Source: Eledone cirrhosa (taxonomy: Eukaryota). Taken from it: DNA of 64,000 bases. The stretch lies in the NCBI GenBank assembly GCA_964016885.1, contig OZ024742.1, positions 7,812,001 through 7,876,000 on the forward strand, in the 5' to 3' direction. The notes beneath the pieces were generated by a model that was not told the origin of the DNA, did no database searches, and was given only the letters and a program-made list of their open reading frames with translations. This document shows, piece after piece, positions 1-15,301 of the stretch. Positions within the stretch are counted from its first letter, which is position 1. Each line of letters begins with the position of its first letter. Position numbers and translations under genes: made by a program.

Positions 1-945
1 CTGGCATCTTACAGCAGGATCTGGATGCCATATACAGATGGGCGGAAGAAAACAACATGCAGTTTAATGCTGGCAAATTTCAATCCCTACAATACAAACC
101 TGCAAAGACAAACACAAATATAGCGGAACACAGCTACACAGGACCAGGAGCGACCGATATCCCGTGTCAAAATCGATACGAGACCTGGGCATAGACATGA
201 GCGATGATGCATCTTTTTCTTCACACATCATGAAGGTGGCGACAGCATGTAGACGATTCGCTGGCTGGATCTTGAGGACTTTCCTTACAAGAGATCGAGA
301 CACCATGTTGACACTGTGGAGGACTTTCGTCCTAAGCCGCCTGGACTACTGCTCCCAGCTATGGTCACCCCCATAGTGTCAAACTAACCACGGAGCTTGA
401 GGCAATCCAGCGAAGCTACACTAAGAGGATTGCCAAGATGAGGGAGACAAGCTACTGGGAGAGGCTGAAGGAACTGAACCTCTACTCCTTGGAGCGAAGA
501 CGGGAGAGATACGCAGTGATCTACATGTGGAAAATCCTGAAGGGACTAGCACCAAACTTTGGCATTGGGAGCTGGACCAACCGTCGAACAGGACGTCACT
601 GTGTCGTGTCAAAGGTCCCGTCTTCCACATCTAGAATAAGGAGCAGGTATTGCAATAGCCTGGGATTCAAGGGCCCTCAACTCTTCAACAGGCTGCCGAG
701 GGCATCTGCGAGACTTGCATGACGTGGAGGTGGATGTCTTTAAGAAACATCTCGACACCTTGTTATCCAGGATCCCGGATGATCCCACAGCAAGACACGA
801 GGGAAACCTAAGGGCAGCAGCAACAAACTCCCTCCTACACCACTGGCCAACCTATACAGGCTGGAGATAAAATGTGTAGCAACAAGGGCGGTGCCCCAGC
901 ATGGCCTCAGCCGGATGGCTGAAACAGGTAAAAGAGTAAAAGAGT
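1..945 (+). mobile_element. 3' end of a decayed CR1-group (CR1/L2/Crack-like) LINE ORF2 plus 3' UTR
   Basis: ORF pieces RDLGI..., SRLDYCSQLWSP, SYWERLKELNLYSLERRRERY are typical of the LINE ORF2 C-terminus; stop at 374-376 and frameshifts; 3' hairpin tcagcc-ggat-ggctga and (TAAAAGAG)2 tail before the TA tract. Confidence 0.8.
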
Positions 946-2214
<1,269 letters not shown>

Positions 2215-3478
2215 TGAACTTGGCAATATATTGTCAATTAATTTTGAAGGGTTGATCTTTGTGGTTTATTTTATTTTTATTATTGTATTATTTCCTAATA
2301 TTTTTATTTTTAATATTTTTAATATGTAAATTTTTTAATATGTAATATTTTTAATATGTAATATTCTTTCGTAATATTTCTTAGTTTTCTATTTTATTAT
2401 TACTTATTATTATTATTGTTATTTTTTGTTATTTTTAGTTTTGTTTCCGATATATTTTTATTTTTATTAGTATATTGAAATCTGCTCTATTTTTGCTTGA
2501 TAGATAATCTTGTAGAGTAGAGACAGAAATAGTAATATTGACTCTATATACACATATATGTATACTTAAATTGTTATACCGCATTGAGAATACTTTCCGT
2601 GAACTTAGGGTTTGCAGAATTGATCATGTACATTCACATAGATGTTTGTAATTATCACATAAACATATGAATTTTTTTTTTTTTTAAACTAAACATAAGA
2701 TCATTAATTTTCACACATTGTGGATACATATCTCATTCAGGAATACTGATATTTACAATGTAGAGGCTGGTTTTGTAAATACTAATACCTCTACATTAAA
2801 ACAGAGGTTTTTACGCCTCGCCTGTGTCTGGATATTTTTGAATTTTTTCTCTCTCTTTTTTTCTCTCTCTATATTTTTTCTCTCCCTATATAACAGCTGG
2901 TTTTCCCTCCATATATCTCCCTTACGTTAATACTAGAGCTAAATAAATAAATAAATAAATGTATCATTGATACGTTATTCAACAGACGTCCCACTACCTA
3001 GCTTTCTATATATATGTATCTATCTCTATTTCTCTTTCTTTACATGAAGTTCTTCTCTTTATCTATCTTTCCATCTCTCTATTTTGTTCCATGCATTTGT
3101 TCTTTTTCTTTTTCTTCGTTTTCTGTCTTTCTTTCCTTTTTTCTCTCTTTTTCTCTCTTTTTCTCTCTCTCTTTCTTTCTCTCTGTGTACAATTTTGTCA
3201 CTACCAAATCAACCTTCTCAAATGCAAGTAGATGTTGTTACGGTATGTCGAATCTATTTAACTATAAAACTGTTTATATTGTATTTTGTCTGAGGAAGGC
3301 ATAGCATATTGTTAATATGATATCCCTGAAATATATATAATGAAATAAATATGGTTTTATAAATATAGTTTCCATTTATTTAATATTGTAAATATACTCC
3401 AAATATTTGTCGAGTGCTTTTATATCAGTTATAAATATTTACTAGTTGTAACCCAACAATTTAAATATAACTTTCCAT
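2215..3478 (+). mobile_element. 3' UTR/pLTR fragment of Naiad-like PLE family A
   Basis: Colinear similarity to 14177-15277, the region downstream of the RT/GIY-YIG ORF at 12.6-13.9 kb; same hammerhead. Confidence 0.8.
3282..3347 (+). ncRNA. Type-I hammerhead ribozyme, family A
   Basis: tattttgt-CTGAGGA-stem II (agg..catatt/aatatg..cct)-GAAA-tatata-TA-atgaaata; stem I pairs with GU wobbles. Confidence 0.75.
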
Positions 3479-3507
3479 ATATTTATATATATATTTATAT
3501 ATATATT

Positions 3508-3556
<49 letters not shown>

Positions 3557-3685
3557 ATAAATTTAAATATATATATATAAATAAATATATAAATATATAT
3601 ATTTATATATATATATATATATATATATAAATATATATATTTATATATATATAAATATATATTTATATATATATATAAATATATA

Positions 3686-3732
<47 letters not shown>

Positions 3733-3769
3733 ATAAATAAATATATACATATATATAAATAGATATATT

Positions 3770-3800
<31 letters not shown>

Positions 3801-3853
3801 ATTTATATATATATATATAAATAAATATATATATATATATAAATATATATATT

Positions 3854-3884
<31 letters not shown>

Positions 3885-4243
3885 ATTTATATATATATAT
3901 ATAAATAAATATATATATATATATAAATATATATATTTATATATATATATTTATATATATATATAAATAAATATATATTATATATAAATATATATATATA
4001 TAAATACATTTAGAAACACACAGATACATGCGGACACACACATATATACATGAATGCATCCGCACCCAACTGTGAGTTAAGGGTGCCAACTTCACCGATG
4101 TTGCTCAATGAATGACTGGGACAGACCAATTCAGTTTGAACCAGACTGAACCAGTATCAGAGTTAAAAATACATTATGAAGAGAGAAGAAACATTTAGAT
4201 ATAATTAGTAATAAAATGTATCATACCTAAACTGTTCCTAAAT

Positions 4244-4331
4244 TCCTCGACTACGTAGTTTCGTGGCATAAACAAAAACAATATATCAAAGATATAGAGT
4301 CCTTGCGAGGTCTGCCGACTTATCAAGAGGA
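4244..4331 (-). ncRNA. Hammerhead ribozyme with U3-A8 variant core (copy 1)
   Basis: Minus strand: tcctc-TTGATAA-gtcggca...tgccac-GAAA-ctacgtag-TC-gagga. Confidence 0.7.
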
Positions 4332-4834
4332 TACCTCATTTTACTAGTCTCAAGAACGCGTCTACACGACGTGAGAAAGAATCCCAAAAGGCGGAGGGGG
4401 AGATAGTCACGCGATATAACGGTCGAGAAACAGAGCTAAGCCTCTTATAACCACGAAAAAAATACCACGGAGGCGGAGGGGGTATTCATATCGAGGCCGC
4501 AGAAGAGGTAGTGAAGAAGGCGAGAAGTATGAGTAATGGAAGCTTTCCAGTTGTCCCCACACTTCAAAGATTGCTCGACCAGAGGGAGTTATTAATACAT
4601 TTAGAAACACACAGATACATGCGGACACACACATATATACATGAATGCATCCGCACCCAACTGTGAGTTAAGGGTGCCAACTTCACCGATGTTGCTCAAT
4701 GAATGACTGGGACAGACCAATTCAGTTTGAACCAGACTGAACCAGTATCAGAGTTAAAAATACATTATGAAGAGAGAAGAAACATTTAGATATAATTAGT
4801 AATAAAATGTATCATACCTAAACTGTTCCTAAAT

Positions 4835-4922
4835 TCCTCGACTACGTAGTTTCGTGGCATAAACAAAAACAATATATCAAAGATATAGAGTCCTTGCGAG
4901 GTCTGCCGACTTATCAAGAGGA
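4835..4922 (-). ncRNA. Hammerhead U3-A8 variant (copy 2)
   Basis: Same as 4244-4331, +591. Confidence 0.7.
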
Positions 4923-5425
4923 TACCTCATTTTACTAGTCTCAAGAACGCGTCTACACGACGTGAGAAAGAATCCCAAAAGGCGGAGGGGGAGATAGTCA
5001 CGCGATATAACGGTCGAGAAACAGAGCTAAGCCTCTTATAACCACGAAAAAAATACCACGGAGGCGGAGGGGGTATTCATATCGAGGCCGCAGAAGAGGT
5101 AGTGAAGAAGGCGAGAAGTATGAGTAATGGAAGCTTTCCAGTTGTCCCCACACTTCAAAGATTGCTCGACCAGAGGGAGTTATTAATACATTTAGAAACA
5201 CACAGATACATGCGGACACACACATATATACATGAATGCATCCGCACCCAACTGTGAGTTAAGGGTGCCAACTTCACCGATGTTGCTCAATGAATGACTG
5301 GGACAGACCAATTCAGTTTGAACCAGACTGAACCAGTATCAGAGTTAAAAATACATTATGAAGAGAGAAGAAACATTTAGATATAATTAGTAATAAAATG
5401 TATCATACCTAAACTGTTCCTAAAT

Positions 5426-5513
5426 TCCTCGACTACGTAGTTTCGTGGCATAAACAAAAACAATATATCAAAGATATAGAGTCCTTGCGAGGTCTGCCGA
5501 CTTATCAAGAGGA
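5426..5513 (-). ncRNA. Hammerhead U3-A8 variant (copy 3)
   Basis: Same as 4244-4331, +1182. Confidence 0.7.
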
Positions 5514-5619
5514 TACCTCATTTTACTAGTCTCAAGAACGCGTCTACACGACGTGAGAAAGAATCCCAAAAGGCGGAGGGGGAGATAGTCACGCGATATA
5601 ACGGTCGAGAAACAGAGCT

Positions 5620-6290
5620 ATATTGTTATACTTTGGGAGGGTCATGTTGCCAATAAGAAACACACGCACCAGTTGCTTTCACTTCAATTTATTATAATAA
5701 ATTTATAATAAATTCATAAATTTATAAATTTCTGGTTGGTTTGTTGGTTCCACAACCAGATAGTTGTTTATATTTTGTCATACTTCTTTCGTCACAACTC
5801 TGTGACCTCTTCGGTGACTGGGGATTCCTTTCTTTGTTTCTGTGCCTCTCCTTTGTTCTGTCCTACACCATTTTGTTTCTGTGTGTGTGTTGTGTGCTCA
5901 GTCTGCGCATGCGCCACATCCGGGTGTCTGTGTGTGTTTATGCGCAGACTGAGCACACAACACACACACACAAAAACAAAATGGCGTAGGACAGAACAAA
6001 GGAGAGGCACAGAAACAAAGAAAGGAATCCTCATTCACTGAAGAGGTCACAGAGTGTGTGACGAAAGAACTATGACAATATATAAACAACTATCTGGTTG
6101 TGGAACCAAGCAACCTACCAGAAATTTATAAATACATAAATTTATTATAAATTTATTATAATAAATTGAAGTGTAAGCAACTGGTGCGTGTGTTTCTTAT
6201 TGGCAACATGACGCTCCCAAAGTATAACAATATCGGTTCAAACACACGATTTCAGATAAAGAATCTTGCTAAACAAATTCAGAAACGAAA
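5620..6290. mobile_element. Fold-back PLE terminal fragment, family D
   Basis: Inverted arms ~5620-5911 and ~5940-6232; terminus related to ends of the PLE at 53-56.7 kb; second copy at 11236-11678. Confidence 0.75.
6035..6075 (+). ncRNA. Minimal hammerhead, family D
   Basis: tca-CTGAAGA-ggtcac..gtgac-GAAA-gaac-TA-tga; opposite arm copy has mutated CCGAAGA. Confidence 0.6.
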
Positions 6291-6380
6291 TAAATATATA
6301 TATATATATATGTATATATAAATATATATATATATATATATAAATATATATATTTATATATATATTTATATAAATATATA

Positions 6381-6472
<92 letters not shown>

Positions 6473-6480
6473 CGTATATT

Positions 6481-6530
<50 letters not shown>

Positions 6531-6538
6531 CGTATATT

Positions 6539-6592
<54 letters not shown>

Positions 6593-6600
6593 CGTATATT

Positions 6601-6654
<54 letters not shown>

Positions 6655-6662
6655 CGTATATT

Positions 6663-6712
<50 letters not shown>

Positions 6713-6818
6713 CATATATTTATATATATATACATATATTTATATATATATACATATATTTATATATATATATATTTATTTATATATATATATATATTTA
6801 TATATATATACATATATT

Positions 6819-6853
<35 letters not shown>

Positions 6854-7010
6854 ATATATATAGATTTTGAGTTTATGTTGGTTGTATACCAACACCTCAG
6901 TATGCAGGCTGGAGCACTCGACGAAGTGCGCAGGTTGGTTTGGTTACAACGGAGTAGTGTAAAATAAAGTTAAATAAAAGTCAAATGATTAAAATTTAGC
7001 TTCGTTTATT

Positions 7011-7065
7011 ACTGCTATATATATTTCAGTGACAGCCATCTTTGGCTGTGACCTCTTCAGGCAGT
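7011..7065 (-). ncRNA. Type-I hammerhead ribozyme
   Basis: Reverse complement of 7296-7350. Confidence 0.8.
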
Positions 7066-7295
7066 TTGAATTAGTATGGTATAGACAAGTACATATGTTG
7101 TTTAGGTGTATGATATTGTCAATACTCTGATATGCCCAGTTCCTTGTTGGGTTGTTAATTCACTGGGGAACTGGAGTCATATCACTCCAGTTCCCCAGTG
7201 AATTAACAACCCAACAAGGAACTGGGCATATCAGAGTATTGACAATATCATACACCTAAACAACATATGTACTTGTCTATACCATACTAATTCAA

Positions 7296-7350
7296 ACTGC
7301 CTGAAGAGGTCACAGCCAAAGATGGCTGTCACTGAAATATATATAGCAGT
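7296..7350 (+). ncRNA. Type-I hammerhead ribozyme
   Basis: actgc-CTGAAGA-ggtc acagcca aaga tggctgt cact-GAAA-tatata-TA-gcagt. Confidence 0.85.
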
Positions 7351-7394
7351 AATAAACGAAGCTAAATTTTAATCATTTTACTTTTATTTAACTT

Positions 7395-8328
<934 letters not shown>

Positions 8329-8331
<3 letters not shown>

Positions 8332-10256
8332 CGACGGGAAGATCAGAGGCGTGCGGTGTTCCACATTGCAAGGCAGTGTGTCAATGCAAATCACGATGAT
8401 GTTGGAGATAAATTTGTCCTGGATGATGCCGGTGTAATTAGTGTCACAAATGACCAGAAAAAGGAGGCCTGGAAATGTCATTATGAGAGACTGATGAATG
8501 TGGAGATCGAATGGGAGAGAGAGAAATTACCCTTGGTAGATCCGACAGAGGGACCAGCTATTGAGATTGAATAGTATAGGGTCCAAGAGGCGATTAGGGA
8601 AATGAAAAATGGCAAGGCTGCCGGACCATCAGGAATAATTGCTGAGATGCTGAAGGCATCAGGGGATGTAGGCACTAAACTGGTTGCACGCATCATCAAT
8701 CAGGCTATATATGGTGGTGTCATACCCAAAGACTGGTGCAGCAGTATTCTCATAAATTGCTACAAAGGTAAAGGGGATGCTTTGGATGGAGCAATTATAG
8801 GGGTATAAAACTGATAGATCAGGTTATGAAAGTGGCAGAAAGGATTTTAACACAACTAATTAGAGAAAGGGTCAAACTAGATGAGATGCAGTTTGGTTTT
8901 GTGCCTGGGAAGAGTACAACAGATGCCCTCTTCTTGGTGAGACAAATGCAAGAGAGGTTCTTAGAAAAGAATAAGCCACTATACTTAGCCTTTGTTGACC
9001 TAGAGAAGGCCTTTGATAGGGTACCCCGATCTGTCATCTGGTGGTCCCTAAGGAAGCTAGGTGTTGAGGAAGGGCTTGTGAGGACAGTGCAAACTTTGTA
9101 CAGAGGTACTCTCAGTAAAGTCAGGGTAGGAATGGAGTTTAGTGAGGAATTCCAGATACAAGTAGGAGTACATCAGGGTTCGGTCCTCAGCCCGCTCTTG
9201 TTCATTATAGTCCTCCAAGCCATAACAGAGGAGTTTAAGACTGGCTGTCCATGGGAAATTCTCTATGCTGACGATCGGGCTCTTATAGCAGAATCAGTAG
9301 AGGAGCTAGAGAATAAATTCCGGCTTTGGAAACAGCAGTTGGAAGCAAGAGGACTGAGAGTAAATCTAGCTAAGACAAAAGTGTTGATGAGTAGAAAAGA
9401 GGACAAAACCCTGATTCCGTCAGGGAAATGGCCATGTTCGATATGCAGAAAAGGAACTGGCATAAATTCTATAAAATGCACACAATGCAGGTCCAGGGTA
9501 CACAAGAGATGTAGCGGGATAGCAGGCAAACTAACAGGTAGGGAGAAATATGTATGCAGTAGATGTACAGGGAAATTAGACAGTAGAAGTCGCACTGATA
9601 GACACATTTTTCAAATGCGAGAGGGCGCTATAGAAGTGGTGGATAGCTTCCGGTACCTAGGAGATCAGATTAGCATGGGAGGAGGGTGTTCCGAGGCCAT
9701 AGTATCTAGAATAAGGACGGGTTGGAAGAAGTTTAGGGAGCTGCTTCCTCTGTTGACGAAGAAGGGTTTCTCCCTACGTACGAAAGGCCGGTTGTATGAT
9801 GCCTGTGTGAGGAGCGCGATGCTGCATGGTAGTGAGACATGGGCAGCAACCGCAGAGGATATGCGACGGCTGGAGAGAAATGAGGCAAGCATGCTCCGTT
9901 GGATGTGCAGTGTAAATGTGCGTGAACGACCCAGCATAAATGTGTTGAGAGAGAAACTGTGTCTGAGAGGGATAGAATGTAGTGTACGGGAGAGGAGACT
10001 GAGGTGGTATGGACATGTGATGCGCATGGAGGATGACCGATGGGTGAAGAAGTGCCAGGAAATGCCAGTTGAAGGAAGACGTGGTAGAGGTAGACCACGA
10101 AAAACATGGGCGGAGGTAGTGAGAACAGACCTCAGTTCCTTGAAGCTCACGGTGGAGATGACGAGGGACCGTGACGAGTCGAGAGATGCTGTGCTGAATA
10201 AGACCCGTCCCACCCTTGCAAGCAGGGAAAAGCGGACGTAAAATGATGATGATGAT
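8329..10256 (+). mobile_element. 5'-truncated RTE-clade LINE
   Basis: [67 protein letters not shown]; (GAT)n tail; stop at 8572-8574 and frameshift near 8790. Confidence 0.9.
8826..10241 (+). CDS. RTE reverse transcriptase (open C-terminal part) with inserted Cys/His finger
   Basis: 471-aa open frame with RT motifs and CxxC..CxxC..HxxC..CxxC insert. Confidence 0.8.
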   Translation: MKVAERILTQLIRERVKLDEMQFGFVPGKSTTDALFLVRQMQERFLEKNKPLYLAFVDLEKAFDRVPRSVIWWSLRKLGVEEGLVRTVQTLYRGTLSKVRVGMEFSEEFQIQVGVHQGSVLSPLLFIIVLQAITEEFKTGCPWEILYADDRALIAESVEELENKFRLWKQQLEARGLRVNLAKTKVLMSRKEDKTLIPSGKWPCSICRKGTGINSIKCTQCRSRVHKRCSGIAGKLTGREKYVCSRCTGKLDSRSRTDRHIFQMREGAIEVVDSFRYLGDQISMGGGCSEAIVSRIRTGWKKFRELLPLLTKKGFSLRTKGRLYDACVRSAMLHGSETWAATAEDMRRLERNEASMLRWMCSVNVRERPSINVLREKLCLRGIECSVRERRLRWYGHVMRMEDDRWVKKCQEMPVEGRRGRGRPRKTWAEVVRTDLSSLKLTVEMTRDRDESRDAVLNKTRPTLASREKRT

Positions 10257-10439
10257 ATATATATATACATATATATATATATAATATATACATATATTTA
10301 TATATATATATATATATACATATATTTATATATATATATATATATATACATATATTTATATATATATATATGTACATATATTTATATATACATATATTTA
10401 TATATATATATACATATATTTATATATATATATATATAT

Positions 10440-10480
<41 letters not shown>

Positions 10481-10586
10481 AATATATATATACATATATT
10501 TATATATGTATATATACCTTTTACTGTCATTTCTATAATACGAAGAGGGTGTTTGACTCAAACACGCTCCAGTATTCTAATCCTTA

Positions 10587-10626
<40 letters not shown>

Positions 10627-10660
10627 CATATATATATATATTTATATATATATATATACT

Positions 10661-10698
<38 letters not shown>

Positions 10699-11235
10699 CA
10701 TACATATATATATATATTTTTTTTTATATATATATACATATATTTATATATTTATACATATATATATATATCATAAAACATGTCTTTTAGAATCATCAGA
10801 TATTAAAATATATACCATTTCTTCTTGTAATTAGCATAATTAACGATATACAAAATCAAATCTAGCAAGCTTTAAGAATAAATTTTCTTATGGGGAAATC
10901 TCTGACAAACAATCGACCGTAGCCTCTTCGCAGCAGCCCCGTTCCATTATTTATCGAAGATTTCGACAGCATGCAGACATGTTTTATGATATAATGCTCT
11001 GATTTTTTGATTTTAATTTATTAATTCTTCATAGAGCTTAAAAGTGAACAGTTGCAACATATATATATATTTAATTGTATGTATATGATAACCCTTATAC
11101 ATATATATATATATATTTATATATATATACATATATTTATATATATATACATATATTTATATATATATATGTATATATATATACATATATTTATATATAT
11201 ATACATATATTTATATATATATATATATACATATT

Positions 11236-11678
11236 TCGTTTCTGAATTTGTTTAGCAAGATTCTTTATCTGAAATCGTGTGTTGAAACCGATATTGTTAT
11301 ACTTTGGGAGGGTTATATTGCCAATAAGAAACACATGCACCAGTTGCTTTTACTTCAATTTAAACATAAACACACACAGACACCAGGATGTGGCGCATGC
11401 GCAGACTGAGCACACAACACACACACAGAAACAAAATGGCGTAGGACAGAACAAACGAGAGGCACAAAAACAAAGAAAGGAATCCCCAGTCACTGAAGAG
11501 GTCACATAGTGTGTGACGAAAGAACTATGACAATATATAAACAACTATCTGGTTGTGGAACCAACCAACCAACCAGAAATTTATAAATTTATTATAAATT
11601 TATTATAATAAATTGAAGTGAAACAACTGGTGCGTGTGTTTCTTATTGGCAACATGACCCTCCCAAAGTATAACAATA
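11236..11678. mobile_element. Family D PLE terminal fragment with inverted 5' part
   Basis: 11236-11360 is the inverted terminus; 11361-11678 matches the 5620-6290 element. Confidence 0.75.
11489..11531 (+). ncRNA. Minimal hammerhead, family D
   Basis: gtca-CTGAAGA-ggtcac..gtgac-GAAA-gaac-TA-tgac. Confidence 0.65.
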
Positions 11679-11688
11679 TATATGCATA

Positions 11689-11750
<62 letters not shown>

Positions 11751-11768
11751 TTTATATATATATACATA

Positions 11769-11799
<31 letters not shown>

Positions 11800-11808
11800 C
11801 CATATATT

Positions 11809-11845
<37 letters not shown>

Positions 11846-11876
11846 ACATATATTTATATATATATATACATATATT

Positions 11877-11938
<62 letters not shown>

Positions 11939-11984
11939 CATATATTTATATATATATATATATATTTATATATATACATATATT

Positions 11985-12016
<32 letters not shown>

Positions 12017-12024
12017 CATATATT

Positions 12025-12057
<33 letters not shown>

Positions 12058-12144
12058 ATATTTATATATATACATATATTTATATATATATATTTATATA
12101 TATACATATATTTATATATATACATATATTTATATATATACATA

Positions 12145-12221
<77 letters not shown>

Positions 12222-12272
12222 ATTTATATATATATATATTTATATATATATATATTTATATATATATATATT

Positions 12273-12325
<53 letters not shown>

Positions 12326-12344
12326 ATTTATATATATATATATT

Positions 12345-12376
<32 letters not shown>

Positions 12377-12388
12377 CATATATATATA

Positions 12389-12443
<55 letters not shown>

Positions 12444-12499
12444 ATTTATATATATACATATATATATATATATTTATATATATACATATATATATATAT
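11679..12499. repeat. Imperfect (TA)n tract
   Basis: Direct inspection. Confidence 0.98.
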
Positions 12500-12630
12500 A
12501 TGGAAAGTTATATTTAAATTGTTGGGTTAACAACGAGTAAATATTTATAACTGATATAAAAGCACTCAACAAGTATTTGGAGTATATTTATGATATTAAA
12601 TAAATGGAAACTATATTTATAAAACCATAT

Positions 12631-13878
12631 CATCCGACTCAGCTCAGGTAATTGACCTTGTGGGCTTATTTTTAATCAATTCGCTGCATAGGAAAATACC
12701 TGGTACTACCGGAGGTTTATATAGAGATGACATGCTTTTATTTATTGATAATAATAACTCTGAACTAAATAGAAAAAGAAAACAAATTACACAATTTTTT
12801 AATCACTTTAATCTAAAAATAGAAATTGAGAATAACCATAGAATAGTCAACTTCCTAGATATAACATTAAATCTCAACACATGTCTTCACTATCCATTTC
12901 ACAAGTTGAATGAAAACTTAAACTATGTCAGCTTTAACTCTAACCACCCCAAATCTGTTAAAAATACTATAGTAAACTCTGTTCAATCACGTATCTCTAG
13001 AATCTCATCTAATAAAAAGATTTTCGACGAAAAAGCCCATTATTACATTAGCGTTAGCTAGAGCAGGATATAGTGATAAAATTATGTACATAGATAATGA
13101 TAAACAAATTAAACAAAATAACAACTATTTTAATTATGGCCACAACCTTAACAACTATAATAGAAAGCATTACAATAATTCCAAAAGCCATAAAAGAAAT
13201 AGAACTAGGAATATAATATGGTTTGCCCCCCCTTTCTCACTAAACATTAAAACCCACATTGCTAAACTATTTTTTAAAGCTCTCGATAATCGCTTCCCTA
13301 GAACACATAGGTATCACTCAATTTTCAATAGACATACTATAAAACTAACCTACTCATCCACCAAAAATTTAGCGCAAAATATTAATAGAATAAATAACAG
13401 GAACTTAAAACCTAGCGATAATACCATAAATAATATCCAAGTTAACAAATGTAACTGTAGAGATAGATCTAAATGTCCGTTAAATAACAACTGCTTAGTT
13501 AAAAATATAATATACAACTGTAATGTTAAAACGGACATTAATTCTTTTAACTACGTTGGTTCTACATCGACGGAATTTAAACTTCGCTATAACAACCACA
13601 AGAATTCTTTCACAGATCCATCCAAAAAATCTTCAACAGCACTATCAGGCGTACTCTGGCAACTTAGGCATGATAACGTTAGATATTCGACGACTTGGAA
13701 TATAGTTTCAAGGGGGATTCCTTTTAATTCATCCTCTGAGACATGTGACCTCTGTGCGGAGGAGATATTCTTTATACTAAAATCTAAAAATTCCCTTAAT
13801 CTACGGACAAATTTATTCAGTTGCTGCAGACATAGATTGAACTCAACGTTTAAATATAAATTTAAATTTAAAATGTAG
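12631..13878 (+). pseudogene. PLE RT (C-terminal half) + GIY-YIG endonuclease, frameshifted
   Basis: GGLYRDD, VNFLDITLNL, SNHP, IWFAPPFS, CNCRDRSKCP, IIYNC..YVGST..FKLRY, CDLC, CRH; frameshift near 13050. Confidence 0.88.
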
Positions 13879-14824
13879 TTATGTTTGTTTTGATTTGATT
13901 TGTAATTATTTATGAAACTAGCCGATAAATCTTTCGATTTCTTCTTTTTATTAAAACATTCTTTTTATTAAAACATTCTTCATGAATAATTAAACTACCC
14001 TAAAAGCTGATGCTCCAAATATATCGAATTAAATTTTAAACTAGATAAACTTCTATATTATATATTAGAACATATGTAGACCAAATGGGTATCCTAAACT
14101 TTTGGAATGATTTCTGCTAGATAGGATTTGGTAAACAATTTTTGTTTTATCTGTTTCGACTCTGATGCTTATGATAATCTTGGCAATATATTGTCAATTA
14201 ACTTTGAAAGGCTGATCTCTGTGTTTTATTTGTATTATTTTTTAATATTTTTTAATATTTTGTAATATTTTTTATTTTTAATATTAAATGTTTTAGTTTT
14301 CTGTTTATTTATTTATTTTCTTGTCTCTGATATTTTTATTTTTATTTTTATTAATATATTGAAATCTGTTCTCTATTTCTGCTTGATCGACAATCATGTA
14401 GAATAAAGACAAGAATAGTATTGTTAAAATTAAAATTAATATAGACTCTATTTATATGTGTATATATACACACATATATGTATACTTGAATTTTTATAGC
14501 ACAATGAGAATGTTTTCGTGTGAATTGGGAGTTTGTTTATAATTATGATATAAACATATGAATTTTTAAAAACTAGACATAAGATCATTACTTTTCACAC
14601 ATTATAGATACATGTCTCATTCATGAATACTGGTACTTACACTATAATGCCTGTTTTAAACGAACTAATATTTTCTACGGATAAAACATAGCGGTTTTAA
14701 ATTCTGCATCGTTTATGTCTGGTTATGTTTCATTTTCTCTTTTTCATTTTCTCTTTTTTCTCTCTATATAACGGCTATTTTCTCTCTTAACTACATACAT
14801 CTCTCTTTACATTAATACTAGAGC

Positions 14825-14863
<39 letters not shown>

Positions 14864-15169
14864 ATGTATCAACCGATACTCAACTTCCTAATTTCTCTAT
14901 CTATCTCTATCTATCTCTTTCTTTTTTTTCCTCTCTCTATATATATTTCTCTCTGTTTCTTTAAATGAAGGTCTTCTCTTTATCTATCTTTCTATATCCC
15001 TCTATTTAGTCACATACATTTCTTCTTTTTCTTCGTTTCTCTTTCTTTCTCTCTTTATCTCTTTCTTTTTACAACTGTCCACAATTTTTTACTGCCAAAT
15101 CAACCTCACAAATGCAAGGTGATTGAAAGGTACGTCGTATCTATTTATTTATAAGACTGTTTATATTGC

Positions 15170-15233
15170 ATTTTGTCTGAAGATGGCATAACATATTGTT
15201 AATATGATATCCCTGAAATATATATAACGAAAT
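15170..15233 (+). ncRNA. Type-I hammerhead, family A
   Basis: attttgt-CTGAAGA-stem II-GAAA-tatata-TA-acgaaat. Confidence 0.75.
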
Positions 15234-15301
15234 AAATATGGTTTTATAAATATAGTTTCCATTTATTTAATATCATATTATATATATATATATATATTTA
15301 T

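Larger units (their letters stand above)
4003..5620 (-). repeat. 591-bp tandem array (~2.7 copies), retrozyme-like
   Basis: Units start at 4003, 4594, 5185 and appear identical; one hammerhead per unit on the minus strand. Confidence 0.9.
12500..15277 (+). mobile_element. Naiad-like PLE family A, 5'-truncated with inverted terminal segment
   Basis: 12500-12630 is the reverse complement of the family 3' end; RT/GIY-YIG remnant; long 3' UTR with hammerhead. Confidence 0.85.

Noticed and set aside
4407-5225. Repeated 75-aa ORF (and 60-aa ORF at 20619/21088)
   Set aside because: Identical only because the DNA unit is duplicated; no motif or coding evidence
9263-10270. Antisense ORFs over the RTE element (and similarly 53548-55422)
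   Set aside because: Shadow frames of the RT genes without recognisable motifs
14007-14170. CTGATG motifs in the family A 3' UTR as extra hammerheads
   Set aside because: Core incomplete (CTGATGC) and no GAAA/stems
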